This document shows positions 14,096-27,929 of a stretch of DNA of 64,000 nt, piece by piece; within the stretch, counting starts at the first letter, position 1; every line of letters begins with the position of its first letter. The stretch is from the human T2T-CHM13v2.0 reference genome, Homo sapiens. Location: assembly GCF_009914755.1 (NCBI RefSeq), contig NC_060938.1. The stretch is one strand, 5' to 3'. Made by a program: the position numbers and the translations under genes. The notes below the pieces were generated by a model, which was not told where the DNA came from, ran no database searches, and saw only the letters and a list, made by a program, of their open reading frames with translations.

Positions 14096-15510
14096 TCTCA
14101 CGATGGCTATGTTTTCTGTTTTTTTGTTTTTTGTTTTTTTTTCTCTCCTTGTCTCGGGTGGTTGAAATTTTATAAGTAAAAGATCCTACCAGATTCATAG
14201 GGAGATACAATTAAGGATATATCCATTAGATAAAATTACAGAAATGAAAGACAATCTCTGAAACTGTTATCAAGAAAGATTTCACATCAGAAGTGAAAAA
14301 TCCGGGACTCTAGAAGAATTCATAGAAATATTCCCTGTCTAGAAGGATATGCTGAGTACAGATGTTTCAAACTGACAGAGCAAAGATACAAAAGTTCAAA
14401 GTTCCAGTGCAGAGTGACATGTAGCTTAGTGTGGCTTGCATGGAAAAGAGAAGAAACTTGAGAATAGTGCCATATGAAGTCACCTGTAAAATGTGGAATT
14501 TTAAACTTTGTTTTACTCAAGGAAGAGAATCAGCGGATTTAAAATAATGTCTAATTTCAATAAATAAGCAAGCTCATTTACTCTTAATCCATAAATATAA
14601 GGACTCTATCTTATGAGTAAAGGTTTTAAACTTTGGAAAGTTATAAACAGTGGAGAAATTTTTACTGATTCATCTATAAATATTCTTTGATAATTGTCCA
14701 CATAGTATGCCTTGTCTATTATTGCTTGGTTCACCTTTCTATGTAGGAGCTCAACAGAAGTCATTTTTTCCTAAGTTTTGGTATTTATACCTCATTTACC
14801 AAGAGGATCTAGGAAACAAATATGCATATTTATTGAGTTAATGTACTTTAATCTCATGATATTTACAAGTTTGTGGGAAATTTTACTTTCTGGGAAGAAA
14901 GAAAGAGAAATAAACTGATGATACCATACATAACTAAAAATAGTGGAAGTACATTTTTCTATAGTTTATTTGAAGAGTATTTGCCATGTTTTATTCAATA
15001 AAAGATAATGAAAACCCTTACATAAAAAATTAAGCTATAGTGACTATAAAATTGTATCCAATAAAAGAGCTAAGAATTCAGAAACAAATTTAAATTTCTA
15101 CAAAAGCATAAGTTTTAGTAACTTATATTGTCCTTGGTGGGGAAAAGTCAATTTGAGGAGCTTTAAATGTGTCTCCTCAGGTATAAGAAGAGTTACACAT
15201 TTAAAAATATGGGGCTTACCATTTTCGGCCTTTAAATTGATGCTTACTCTTAAAAAATGTAGTTTGCTGCATTAATAATACAGAAGTTATTGTTTCTTTG
15301 AAGCTTTCATTCCCAACCGAAACTTTCAGTAGATGTATACTTCAAGAAAATTTACTTTTTACTGGAGACAAAAATACTTCTTCTCATATAATTATCTCTT
15401 TGAAATGGGACCTTTCCATTGCACTGGGAGTGAGAGAAATATAAATAATCAAATTAGTATACCGGTGAGGCTACAGACAGAGGTAACATTGGCTAGAAAA
15501 CTGGCCTTCT

Positions 15511-16906
15511 CCAAAACAGCACGGTACTGGTACCAAAACAGAGATATAGACAAATGGAACAGAACAGAGGCCTCAGAAATAACACCACACATCTACAACC
15601 ATCTGATCTTTGACAAACCAGACAAAAACAAGAAATGGGGAAAGGATTCCCTATTTAATAAATGGTGCTGGGAAAACTGGCTAGCTATATGTAGAAAGCT
15701 GAAAGTGCATCCCTTCCTTACACCTTATACAAAAATTAATTCAATATGGATTAAAGACTTAATTGATAGACCTAAAACCATTAAAAACCTAGAAGAAAAC
15801 CATTCAGGACATACGCATGGACAAGGACTTCATGACTAAAACACCAAAAGCAATGGCAACAAAAGACAAAATTGACAAATGGAATCTAATTAAACTAAAG
15901 AGCTTCTGCACAGCAAAAGAAACTACCATCAGAGTGAACAGGCAACCTACAAAATGGGAGAAAATTTTTGCAATCTACTCATCTGACAAAGGGCTAATAT
16001 CCAGAATCTACAAAGAACTCAAACAAATTTACAAGAAAAAATCAAACAACCCCATCAAAAACTGGGCAAAGGATATGAACAGACACTTCTCAAAAGAAGA
16101 CATTTATGCAGTCAACAGACACATGAAAAAAATGCTCATCATCACTGGTCATCAGAGAAATGCAAATCAAAACCACAATGAGGTACCATCTCAACACCAG
16201 TTAGAATGGCAATCATTAAAAAGTCAGGAAACAACAGGTGCTGGAGAGGATGTGGAGAAATAGGAACACTTTTACACTGTTGGTGGCACTGTAAACTAGT
16301 TCAACCACTGTGGAAGACAGTGTGGCGATTCCTCAAGGATCTAGAACTAGAAATACCATTTGACCCAGTGATCCCATTACTGAGTATATACCCAAAGGAT
16401 TATAAATCATGCTGCTATGAAGACACATGCACACGTATGTTTATTGCAGCACTATTCACAATAGCAAAGACTTGGAATCAACTCAAATGTCCATCAATGC
16501 AGACTGGATTAAGAAAATGTGGCACATATACACCATGGAATACTATGCAGCTATAAAAAGGATGAGGTCATGTCCTTTGTAGGGACATGGATTAAGCTGG
16601 AAACCACTATTCTGAGCAAACTATCACAAGGACAGAAAACCAAACACCACATGTTCTCACTCATAGGTGGGAATTGAACAATGAGAACACTTGGACACAG
16701 GGCAGGGAACATCACACACCAGGGCCTGTCATGGGGTGAGGAGAGTGGGGAGGAATAGCATTAAGAGAAATACCTAATGTAAATGACAAGTTAATGGGTG
16801 CAGCACGCCAACATGGCACATGTATACCTATGTAACAAAGGTACACGTTGTGCACATGTACCTTAGAACTTAAAGTATAATAAAAAAAAAAAAGAAAAAA
16901 AAAAAA
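15511..16906 (+). mobile_element. L1PA5/6-like 5'-truncated LINE-1 (about 1.4 kb) with 16-bp TSD
   Basis: ORF2 3' part ([12 protein letters not shown]...); poly-A; TSD agaaaactggccttct (15495-15510) and agaaaactggtcttct (16907-16922). Confidence 0.95.
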
Positions 16907-17294
16907 AGAAAACTGGTCTTCTGTCCTGAGATTTGTCCTTTCCCTATTCTAGTTAGATCCTGGCCCCTACTTAACCACTATTGTGACCTAGCCATGGACT
17001 TTGCCACTTCAGATACATTCTGTTACACTCCACCCTGGTCTTCATTTTCTACTTATCGTCAAGTTTTAAATAACTTAAAAATCAAAAAAGTAATTAAAGA
17101 TTGATGAGCTCTGGCAGTTGGTGAACTCTTACTGGAGAGAAAATTACCATTAACATACAAATAAGTAGGGCTCATATTCATCTTTAAGGCTATAACAACT
17201 GCATATGTGCAAAAGTTTGGTTGTCAGCATATAGACTTCTGTCACTTCAAAGTAAAGGCATCAACTCAGTGGCAAAGTTTACTTCAATGTCTTC

Positions 17295-17874
17295 TGTATT
17301 AGTCAGGGTTCTCCCAAGGGACAGAACTAATAGGATATATGCATATATGAAAGGGAGCTTATTAGGGAGAATTGGCTCGCAGGATAACAAGGCAAAACCC
17401 CATGATAGGCCATCTGCAAGCTGAGGAAGAAAGAACCCAGTAGTAATTCTGTCCCAGTCCAAAAACCTCAAAAGCAGGGAAGTGACAATATGGTCTTCAG
17501 TCTGTGGCTGAAGGCCAGAGAGCCTCCGGCAAACCACTGGTAAAAGTTCAAGAATCCAAAGGCCAAAGAACCTGGAGTCTGATGTACAAGGGCATGAGGA
17601 ACAACGGGAAGCATCCGACACGGGAGAAAGATGAAATCCAGAAAACTCAGCAAGCCAACTTATCTCACCTTCTTCCACCTGCCTTGTTCTATCCAGCTGG
17701 CAGCCGATCGGATGGTGCCCTCCCACATTGAGAGTGGGTCTTCCTCTCCCAGTCCACTGACTCAAATGTCGGTCTCCTCTGGCCACAGCCTCACAGACAC
17801 ACCCAGAAACAATTTACCAGCTATCTAAGCACTGTTCAATCCAACCAAGTTAACATCTAATATTAACCATAATA
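17295..17874 (-). mobile_element. MLT2A/B (ERVL) solo LTR
   Basis: tgtattagtcagggttctc...gacagaactaataggatata; cccacattgagagtgggtcttcctctcccagtccactgactcaaatgt; ends attaaccat. Confidence 0.88.
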
Positions 17875-18109
17875 CCTTGTGAATAATTTTTCAAGAAATG
17901 ATTTTGAGACTTCAGTTCTTAGGAATCAAATGGTTCTTTGAAAACTCTCTGCAAATGTGAGCAATTTAAAGCCCAGAGTCCTGCTGTGAGTGCTAGTGCT
18001 ATGTCTTATAACTCTTATAAAATAATATAAACAGTATTACTTTTCCCATATTAATTAGTCACCATGTTTAATTTCTAGTAAACAGAAAGATATTTTTCAG
18101 GTGTAAGTA

Positions 18110-18336
18110 CTGTAGTTCCCCCACCAGTGGTTTTGCTTTCGGCAGTTTCAGTTTCCCACAGTTAACAACAGTCAGAAAATATTATAGTATTTTGAGAAAA
18201 AGAAGGAGGCCACATTCACACAAATTTTATTACAATATGTTGATATAATTGTTCTAGTCTATCATTATTATTGTTACTGTGCCTAAATTATAAATTAAAC
18301 ATGATCATAAATTTGTATGTATACAAAAAATATATT
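18110..18336 (+). mobile_element. MER44A-like TcMar-Tigger MITE, right TIR missing
   Basis: TA then ctgtagttcccc (TIR-like); ttttgagaaaa..ccacattcaca..ttttattaca; tactgtgcctaa.ttataaattaaac. Confidence 0.8.
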
Positions 18337-18379
18337 AATGTGGTTTTTCTTTTTTTCTCTCAAAATACTGTAATATATT

Positions 18380-19660
18380 TAGACAAATAGTCGGACATTC
18401 TTCACCTACTAGTTTTACTACCGTATCTTCACCAGTCACCAGACAGGCTGCATAGGGCTCCTGCAGCAAGAAGCTCTGGAAATAATCCAGGAAGCAATAA
18501 AACCACTCTGGGTGCTCTTTTTCTCAGACTAATGTGACTGACCTCTCATTTGATGAGAACCCTTTTGTAGACTCTGCTGATATTTTCAGTGGGAACTGTT
18601 GAGTGTTGAGATGTTTGCTCAAGAAAGAATTGCAGAAGCTACTACAACAATGACATCTTTAGCGCTAAGTAGCCAGACCTGTCAGCTTTGCACACTTAAA
18701 ATGCTGCTATGTCTCATGACCACCCTCCTGCTCTTGGTGATGTTCAGAAACCAGGGAATTAATGTTACCCCACATCTCTAAATTAAATCGCTTTTTCGGG
18801 GGGAACAAACAAGGTAGGTAGAAGGGCAATTTGTATTGTTCATGTTGATTATGTTTGGAGAGACACAAATTTGGGTGTCCATTCACCTCTGTGATGGCCT
18901 TTTATGCCCATCCTCACTGGGCCTTGTGTAGTTCTGTGCATCCTCTATGCATTTCCTTTACAAGTTTTAGATATTGACATAGATCCTCAGTAGCAATCAG
19001 AACCCTCCTGTGGCAATTTTGGAGATTGTTGGTAAACCTTGTGCCCCAGCAGAACTTAGTGGTCAGAGGGAAAATAAATGTATTCTGGCTCATTCTGGGT
19101 AATATGTTTAGACATGACATTTTGACCCAACAAGCAGGATTTGATTCAAGGGGGTTAAAATCTTTTTTTCATTCCTGTTCCATATATGAACAGGTATTGC
19201 CAAACAGTCCTATGCAGCTGACTCAAGCAAATATATCAAAAACTTTCATTCGCTATTAAAGATCTTAGCACATCATCCTCAGATGGATTCCCCCTAGCAA
19301 TTTGCTTTAGCTCTCTAAAACGATATTCTGTCTCCTGCACAGATGCTGTGAATTTAAAGTAGAAACAGCATATTAATGCTAAATGAATTCTGAGAGGCAC
19401 TTTATGTGCTTCACTGGATTGTTTTCTTCTGTGTGATTAGCATGCCTTCATTTACCTTCTCACTGGCTTGTGCTCTCTGGGAAAATATACAACCCTTGAC
19501 ATAAGACCCAATACATTTAGTTCCATTAATAAAGCCTTCCTTGGAGCATAAAGTTATCCTATTTCATCATTTCCCATGGATTTCCTTCCACTGATAGAAA
19601 TATCTGAGACCAACAGCATGATCTACAACCTCGTGTTTACTCTTAGAAAAATGCCAAGAG
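18380..19660 (+). mobile_element. Highly decayed LTR-retroelement pol fragment (ERVL- or Gypsy-like; RT connection, RNase H, integrase)
   Basis: Frameshifted translations in collinear order: ILHLLVLLPY, VTRQAA (18435-18452), QQEALEIIQEAI (18464-18499), FMCFTGLFSSV*LAC (19401-), ETNSMIYNLVFTLRKM (19606-19653). These resemble ERVL IPHLGVLLRPIYRVTRKAA..QEKALQQVQAAV, FVLTGIDTYSGYGFA and the integrase HPxTNGxxERxNxTLK region. Confidence 0.6.
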
Positions 19661-19697
19661 CTAGGCTTCTCACTGAGGAAAGATATGTACTGAATAC

Positions 19698-20080
19698 TGC
19701 TGTGATTTGCTTTTCCCTCCAAACTTCACATTGAAACTAATCACCAATGTAACGGTGTTGGGGTAGGGTGTTTTGGGAGGCATATAGGCCATGCGGACTC
19801 TGCTCTTATGAATAGATTAATGCCATTATAGAAAGCTTTTATGAAGACAATTTGGCCCCCTTTTTGCCCTTCCACCTTCCACTATTATAAGGGTATATTG
19901 TTCTGCTCTTCTGAAGGACATAGCATTCAAGACACCATCTTGGAAACAGAGAGTAGATTCTCACACTTACTGGTGCTTTGATCTTCCCAGACTCTAAAAT
20001 CATGAGAAATAAATTTCTGTTCTTTGTGAATTACTGAGTATCACATATTCTGTTATAGAGGCACAGTATAAACTAAAGCA
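19698..20080 (+). mobile_element. MST/MLT1A-type MaLR solo LTR
   Basis: ctcttatgaatagattaatgcc; gacaccatcttggaaacagaga; tgagaaataaatttctgttcttt; ttctgttatag. Confidence 0.82.
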
Positions 20081-20360
20081 AACATCAAACTTAAATATGC
20101 ACATAAGTTTCGAATGTTTGCTTGCTAGACATGGAAATATATGTAGAGGCAACACTCTCACTGTTTCTCAGTTATAAGTTAATGTCACCTTGAGTGATCC
20201 ATTCAGGGACCTAGTGAAATTACTTCATGCCAAACCCAAATTCAAAGATTGAGATTTTTCCTTCTGTGCAGATATGGCTCAATGCCATGGTGTCCCTATT
20301 TTGGTAATCATATTTTCTACTACTGTTTGTATTCTTTACTACTGCTTGGATTGCCAATTT

Positions 20361-20620
20361 TATACAATGCTATCGTTAAATGTAATCAAATTAAACATTA
20401 AGATGAAAAAACAAAAATTAGCAGAATGGATAAATAAGCATAACCCAAATATATGCTGTTTAAAGCACACTTTAGATTCGAAACACAGATAGATTCAAAG
20501 TAAAAGGATAAAAATAATATACCATGCAAATAGTAACCAAAAAAGAGCTTGTAGTGGCACAATAAAATCAGACAACATAGCCTTTAAGACAGAATTTATT
20601 AGTACAGACAAAGAGCAATA
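20361..20620 (+). mobile_element. L1M ORF2 endonuclease start, inverted relative to the adjacent L1
   Basis: Translates LSLNVIKLN..KKQKLAEWINKHNPNICCL, the N-terminus of the L1 EN domain. Confidence 0.8.
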
Positions 20621-20734
20621 TACACATTTAATATTCACTGATAAAGGTTGATTTTCACCTATTCTTCTGCAATTTTTATGTCTATCTTTCTTATTCCTCT
20701 ATTCCCTTGTTACTGCCTTATTTTAAATAGATAT

Positions 20735-20923
20735 TATTTAAATATCTATTTAAATAGATACTATTTAAATATCTATTTAAATAGATACTATTTAAATATC
20801 TATTTAAATAGATACTATTTAAATATCTATTTAAATAGATACTATTTAAATATCTATTTAAATAGATACTATTTAAATATCTATTTAAATAGATACTATT
20901 TAAATATCTATTTAAATAGATAT
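20735..20923. repeat. 27-bp AT-rich minisatellite, 7 near-perfect copies, internally palindromic
   Basis: Unit tatttaaatatctatttaaatagatac x7. Confidence 0.95.
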
Positions 20924-21480
20924 TTTCTGTTTTACCATTTCAATTCTGTCATCATTTGTGTTCCTATATATTTTTTATTTTGTTATTTTCTTAGTGGTTA
21001 ACCTGGGATTATACTTAACATCTTATAATAATCAAATTTGAATTAATATCAACCTAAATTCAGTAGTATATGACATTTATCATGTATAGCTCCATTATTT
21101 CCTCTTCCTTTATGCTGTTATTGTGGTGCAAATTATATCTTTATTCATTATGACCCATCAGTATAGTTTTATGATTGTTTCTTTTTGAAGTTATTTTTTA
21201 AACTATGTAAAATAAGAAAAGAGGTATATTCAAAAATGTACATTTTGTATGTTTCTTATATCAATCTAGTGTATTTTTACCAGTGCCAATTCTTTCTGTG
21301 GATTTGAATTAATGTTTAATGTCCTTCAGTTTTAGCCTGAAGGACTCAGTATAGAATTTCTTTTACAGCATATCTACTAGCAAAGGATTTTCTGTCCTGT
21401 TTACATGGAAGTGTCCTAAGTCCTTTTTGGGGAGAAGGATAGTTCAGCTGTATGTAAGATTCTTTGTTGAAAGTCTTTTT

Positions 21481-21781
21481 TTAATTTTTTTATTTTTTGA
21501 GATGGAGTTTTGCTCTTGTTGCCTAGGCTGGAGTGCAATGGCGCATCTTGGCTCACCACAACCTCCGCCTCCTGGGTTCAAGTGATTCTCCTGCCTTAGC
21601 CTCCCAAGTAGCTGGGATTACAGGCATGCATCACCACACCTTGCTAATTTTGTATTTTTAGTAGAGAGGGGGTTTCTCCATGTTGGTCAGGCTGCTGTGG
21701 AACTCCTGACCTCAGGTGATCCGCCCGCCTCAGCCTCCCAAAGTAGTGAGATTACAGGCATGAGCCACCACCTGCCTGGCC
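21481..21781 (-). mobile_element. AluSp-like SINE with TSD
   Basis: ctcttgttgcc, gtgcaatggc, ggtttctccatgttggtcagg; aaagtcttttt at 21470-21480 and 21783-21793. Confidence 0.9.
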
Positions 21782-22446
21782 AAAAGTCTTTTTATTTCAG
21801 CACTTTGAACATATTGTGGCACTGTTCTCTGGCTTTCATAATTGCTGATGAGAAGTCAGCCATTGATTTTGCTGAAGATTCGTTCTCAATGGTGAGATGC
21901 CTGTGTCTTGCTGCTTTCAGTTTTCTCTTTGTCTTTTGATCATTTGATTATGATGTTTCTACTGTACATCTTTAAATTTTTCCAATTTGGAGTTTATTGA
22001 ATTTTTTAAATGTGTGGATTAAAGTTTTTAATTAAATTTTGAACATTTTCAGTCATTTTTCTTCATATTCTTTCTGAAGCTTTCTTTCTTTCCTCACCTC
22101 CTGTAATTTATCCAAAAGTTGGTACACTGATGATCTAATGATGTTCCACACATTTCAGGGTTTTATTCATTTTTCTTTATTCTTTTTCTGTCTATAGTTT
22201 ATACTGGATTGTTTCAATTGACCTATCGTCAAGTTTACTCATCCTTCTTGCAGCTTAAATATGCCTCTACGCCCCACTATGCAGTGATTTTTCCTTTCAG
22301 TGATTGTATTTTCAACCTCAGACTTAGATATCTTTTAAAAATAATTTTATTCTTTTTATTTATATTCTCTGTTTGAAAAGACATTATTATCCTGCTCTCA
22401 GTGTTTCTAGATATGGTTTTATATAGTACTTTGAATACATTTATAA

Positions 22447-23000
<554 letters not shown>

Positions 23001-25342
23001 TAGTAAATCTATTCACTGGGCTTCCTAGGGGTATTTTCTATTAATTGCTTCCCCCCACTTCATACTGGAAATATTTTTTTCTGTTTCATTACATTTTTCA
23101 TAATTTTTTGTTGAGTACTGGAAATTTTAAATAACAAAAAATTACAACTGTAGTCATCAGCTCTCTTGCTCCCAAGTGTTGGCTGTGGTTGCTGTTTGCT
23201 TTTTTAGTAACATTCCTGAACCTCACAATATCTCTATTGTGTGTCATATGTTACTACTGATGTCTCTTTTCAGCTGATGTTTAGGCAAAGATTTCCTTAA
23301 ATGCCCTGCACCAATAGGTCTCCCCACCTTGGTCAAGAGGTTCAGTGTATGTGCTGGCACACACTTTCAATGTTGTGGCAAGTAGTTTAAAATATTTTCT
23401 AAACCTTCACGCCTTCTGTTTGTACAGAACCTCAGTGTCAGCTACAGGTGAAATATAAGAACTTTCTAACGTCTTTCTTGGGCATGCACACCATTTTGCA
23501 ATATGCGTGTTTTTCCAGATTCCCAGGAATATGTCAAAGCTCTTGAAAGCCCTTTACAGGCTACTCATTTCCCAGATTTTTCTTTTATGGTTTTTGGTCT
23601 TATTCTTTGCCCCAACCATTATCACTTTCTCAGCCCTCTTCAATTTAAACAATTGCTGCTGATTGTTTTGGAAAATGCCTCAGGAAAAGATTATTCACAC
23701 TGAGTGAACTCTGAGTCAGGTCAAATTAAAAAAAAAAAAAGTCCTTTCCAGGTAACTGACAGACAAGTCAAATAGTAACAATTTTCTGAAGGTGGAATTC
23801 TTGAGAAACTCTAAATCAAATCCATTCCGTTTTCTCTGGGAATTGCTATGCTGATAATTTTTACAGCGTGATTTCAAGGTTGTTGGTTTCCAGTGCTACT
23901 GCAAAGCTGTGCAGAAAGGAATATGAATACAGTAAGTTAAAATTCTGTAAATTGTGATGTTCATACTAATATCCAAGTGTTTTTCTTGACTAAATGCTCC
24001 TCATATTGTTGTGTCCTATTTGTTAATTGCCAAATTTCTTTAAAATCTGATTTTCATAATTTTTGCTAATGTTCTTACTGCTTTTCTTGAGGACCAAATT
24101 TTCAGATATTCTTACCCATGCATTCTGGAAACTAGAACTGTCTACTCTCCATTTTGTTGATTATATTTGTCTTTTTGTTACCGCTCTCCTCCTCTCAACT
24201 GTAAATCTATCTGCCCTCTCCTAATTATGACCCTTCTGCAGATGACAAGCCTGAGAATCCTTGTTTTTCTTTCCTTTTTTTTCTGTACAGGTCTTTAAAT
24301 TTCTCTGTAGAGCTGGAACCAGATTGGCAGCAAACACTAAGTTGAACCAACTTAGTTGTTCCAATAAACTTGGAATCAGCATCTGAGGGATTATAGTGAA
24401 ATCTGAGGGGCTTCTGTTCCTAGTTCAGTTGTCCTGTGCACTACAATGTCTTTGTGAAAATATATATGCGTTGAGACCCTTGATTCTAAGGTTTCCTTGA
24501 ATTCTATTTGGTTGAATATCTTGCTGACAGACAGGTCATAGATTTGTGACAAGGCTTCCCTTTCCATCATTCATGTTGTTTTTTTTCCCCCATTCAAAGT
24601 GGTATCTTTTGGTTATATCCTGTAATTTATATTTATATTGTAGTTCCATTATCCTAACAATGAATGTTGTTATATAATGTAGAGTGTATCTATATTTATG
24701 GTGGAATGTTATGCTTTTCCTTCATGTGGGTTTCTTAAAATACCATTTTAATATGAAGTCCACCGAAACATGAATGGGTAGTCAGAAGTTATCTAAAGTC
24801 TTTTTCGTAATTGAGAAAAAAGTTTACACTACCTATTAATGGTAATGGTGATGTTCTACTATATGTTAAAACGTCTTCCTTAGAAATGACTATAAATATT
24901 TTGAAATATGTACTACAGTTATATCATCCTAACTCTTATTAATATCATTTTTTTAAATGGAATGGTATCTTAGCAAAATGGAAATAGCACAAGTTTGGAA
25001 ACAATAGGTCTGTATACTAGAACTATAATATTTCACAAGTAACATGTCTTTTCATTTTAACTTTTAAACTATTGTTTTCACAATTATGTAATAATTGTGA
25101 ATAATTTTATACTTGTGAATAATTTAAATTATAATTATTGATTAGTGGAGTTGTTAGAAGAGTTAAGGTAAAGAACATCTTTATACTCCAAGGATACTTA
25201 AAAAATGCTTGCTAAAATAATCATCCTCACAATAACTAGCAAAGAGTAGTTATAATTTTATTTTTATTTCTATGATTTTTTTCATTAATGTCTGTTCCAC
25301 CCAGCATCCATTACTACATTTCTTTTTCATTCATGCAAAACA

Positions 25343-25638
<296 letters not shown>

Positions 25639-25889
25639 TAAAACATTTTTGTTGAATATATAAAATGTGACAACCTCTCATATAGATTGGAGCTTGAAAG
25701 ATGAAATAAAAAGTCGATAATTCTCACCCTCATTGTATGGTGCAATGAATAACACCTGGAACATAATATATATTTAATCAATATTAATTGATACAATAGA
25801 TTTATGAATAAATGAATGAATGAACATTGGATTCTAATTACTTTCCAGAATGTTATGACCAATTACTTGTTTACGGACATACACGACTG

Positions 25890-26210
25890 GATTAGTTGGC
25901 TTATGCCGCAATAAAGGACAGCCTTGAATTCACGGTGGCTTAAAACAATGAGTGTTTATCTTTTTTCTAACATTATTTGTCATCTCCAATCAGCACAGAA
26001 ACTTAGTTAGAGACCCAAGCTAACAGAGCAGGCTCCATCTCAAACATCAAAAGTTTCTGTCCCAGAGGAAAAGAGTTAGAACCCATTCACATGGATTCAC
26101 CCAAAGACAACTGTAATTTTGCCACGTGCTTTGAAGCAAAAGAAAAACAAAAAACAAAAAACAAAACAGAAAAATATCAAGTAAAAGGTAATAGTGAATA
26201 CCATAGGATA
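25890..26210 (-). mobile_element. Old MLT1 (J/K-like) LTR remnant
   Basis: gtggcttaaaacaa..gtgtttat; gacccaagctaacagagcagg. Confidence 0.5.
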
Positions 26211-27929
26211 TGGTAGGGGAAAGAGATTCAGTGGGTCATACTAAAGGTGATGAAATGACTAATGTAATTAGAAAGGAGAGTTGTAATAACATTAGACAGT
26301 TTAAGATAATGGACTTAGAACTTAAAAGCATACGAAAGGAGTTTATCATTGGTGTTCTGAACATATTCCACTTTTTACATATATTATCTTTTTTTGAGTG
26401 TCATTTGGGTATTTTTGTAGTCATTCATTTAATATTTCAATGAATATTTAATATTTACCAGACATTATGTATTGTGTTTGGGGCTTGTTTACCAAAGCGG
26501 CCACAGAACATACATTCCTTGTTCTTACAAAACTAAAATGTTCTGTTTCTCAAAGCACTGGCAATTTTCCACAATTTTGAAGGAAACGCATGCTGCTATC
26601 ACCTAATAGATATTCTCGTGTATGCTAAGAGAAGATAATCTAATCTTTTATTATAGTATTCAGGAGGTTAAAGAATGATCATCTATCAAAATATATGAAA
26701 TTGTCTTCATGCCACTAAGAATCACTAAGCAACTTTATCTGTATTTCTATTTTAAGAAAGTTTGCTTGTTGTGAAAATCCCAGACTTAGAGTAATATCCG
26801 GATGATACGTATGTCATATAATATTTTTAATAAAATAATTTGCTTTTATTTTCTGGACCATATCCATAAAAATCACATTTAAATCTAATAATGTGGCTTA
26901 GATAAACAAAACTAATTTTTCCTCTGTTTTAAATACATATTTGAAACATTTTCAACTTTATTCTAAAATTCATTTTAAAATGATGTTAAAAATTACTCCT
27001 ATGTAGTATTTTATTTGAAAAACTATATATTACTGGAAATAAAAGTAATTGATAAATTTAAATCTAAAAATTTAATAGTCTTAGTTCATACTTATGTGAC
27101 ATATTTTACTGTGCTACGTTTTCCTCAAACTACATGCACACAAACATAATGGTTAGAAATAGGAATTTACCAGGTACACGTATGATTGAGATGTGGTATG
27201 AGATAAGTTTTAAAAACTTACTTTAATTTTATTTGTCTATTAATGATTCTAATTTTAACATTGTAGCTTCTCTTCTGCACTTTAATATTGGCAGAATTCA
27301 GGAAATATTTCATAATGAGTGGCAATATTACCACATAATTAATTAATAATTATTAGAAAATAATAGCTATTATTTTCTAATTATTATTATCTACTAATTT
27401 TGACAAATCCACAATGTATTTAATTTAACTTAAGTGAAAGCCATTCTTTGTTCAAGCATTGAACCTCCTCAAAATATTCAAAAGCAAACCTTCATATCAC
27501 TGATATATTATTTTACCTCCCCTAACGACTTCCAAAAGTATACAAGGGACTTTCACAGCTAATTGTGGAATACTAAGATATATTAAAAATTGCAAATGTT
27601 AAGAAAGTTAAATCTGAATGGATAATATTTTTATGTATTTGTGGAGGGTTAACTTGTAGTTGTATTTTAATAATCACTGAAAAAATACTACTAAATATAG
27701 GTGGTTTTAAAATAGGCATTTTGATACTTGTAAGAGTATACTGAGCTGGGTAGCATTGTTTATTAAGAGCAGTTGGTGGCAAATAAAACTCAGAAGAAAA
27801 CAAGTTAAAAATATGAACACAGTTTAATGTCAGACTAAAGAGCCTGAATTTTATTCATTTATTCATTATATGCTTCTAATTGAGGAATTAGAGAATAAAA
27901 ACCTATCCTTTAGGAATATTAATTTTTTA

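Noticed and set aside
17247-17786. 179-aa ORF
   Set aside because: Lies essentially within an MLT2 LTR.
18914-19440. Protein-like minus-strand frames (FRELKQIARGNPSEDD; a kringle-like DCY*GS)
   Set aside because: No coherent family emerges, and the plus strand explains the region better as a decayed pol.
20648-21001. 117-aa ORF with YLNIYLNRY repeats, and CRISPR-like periodicity
   Set aside because: It is the translation of a stop-free 27-bp minisatellite. The repeats are contiguous with no spacers, and the DNA is eukaryotic.
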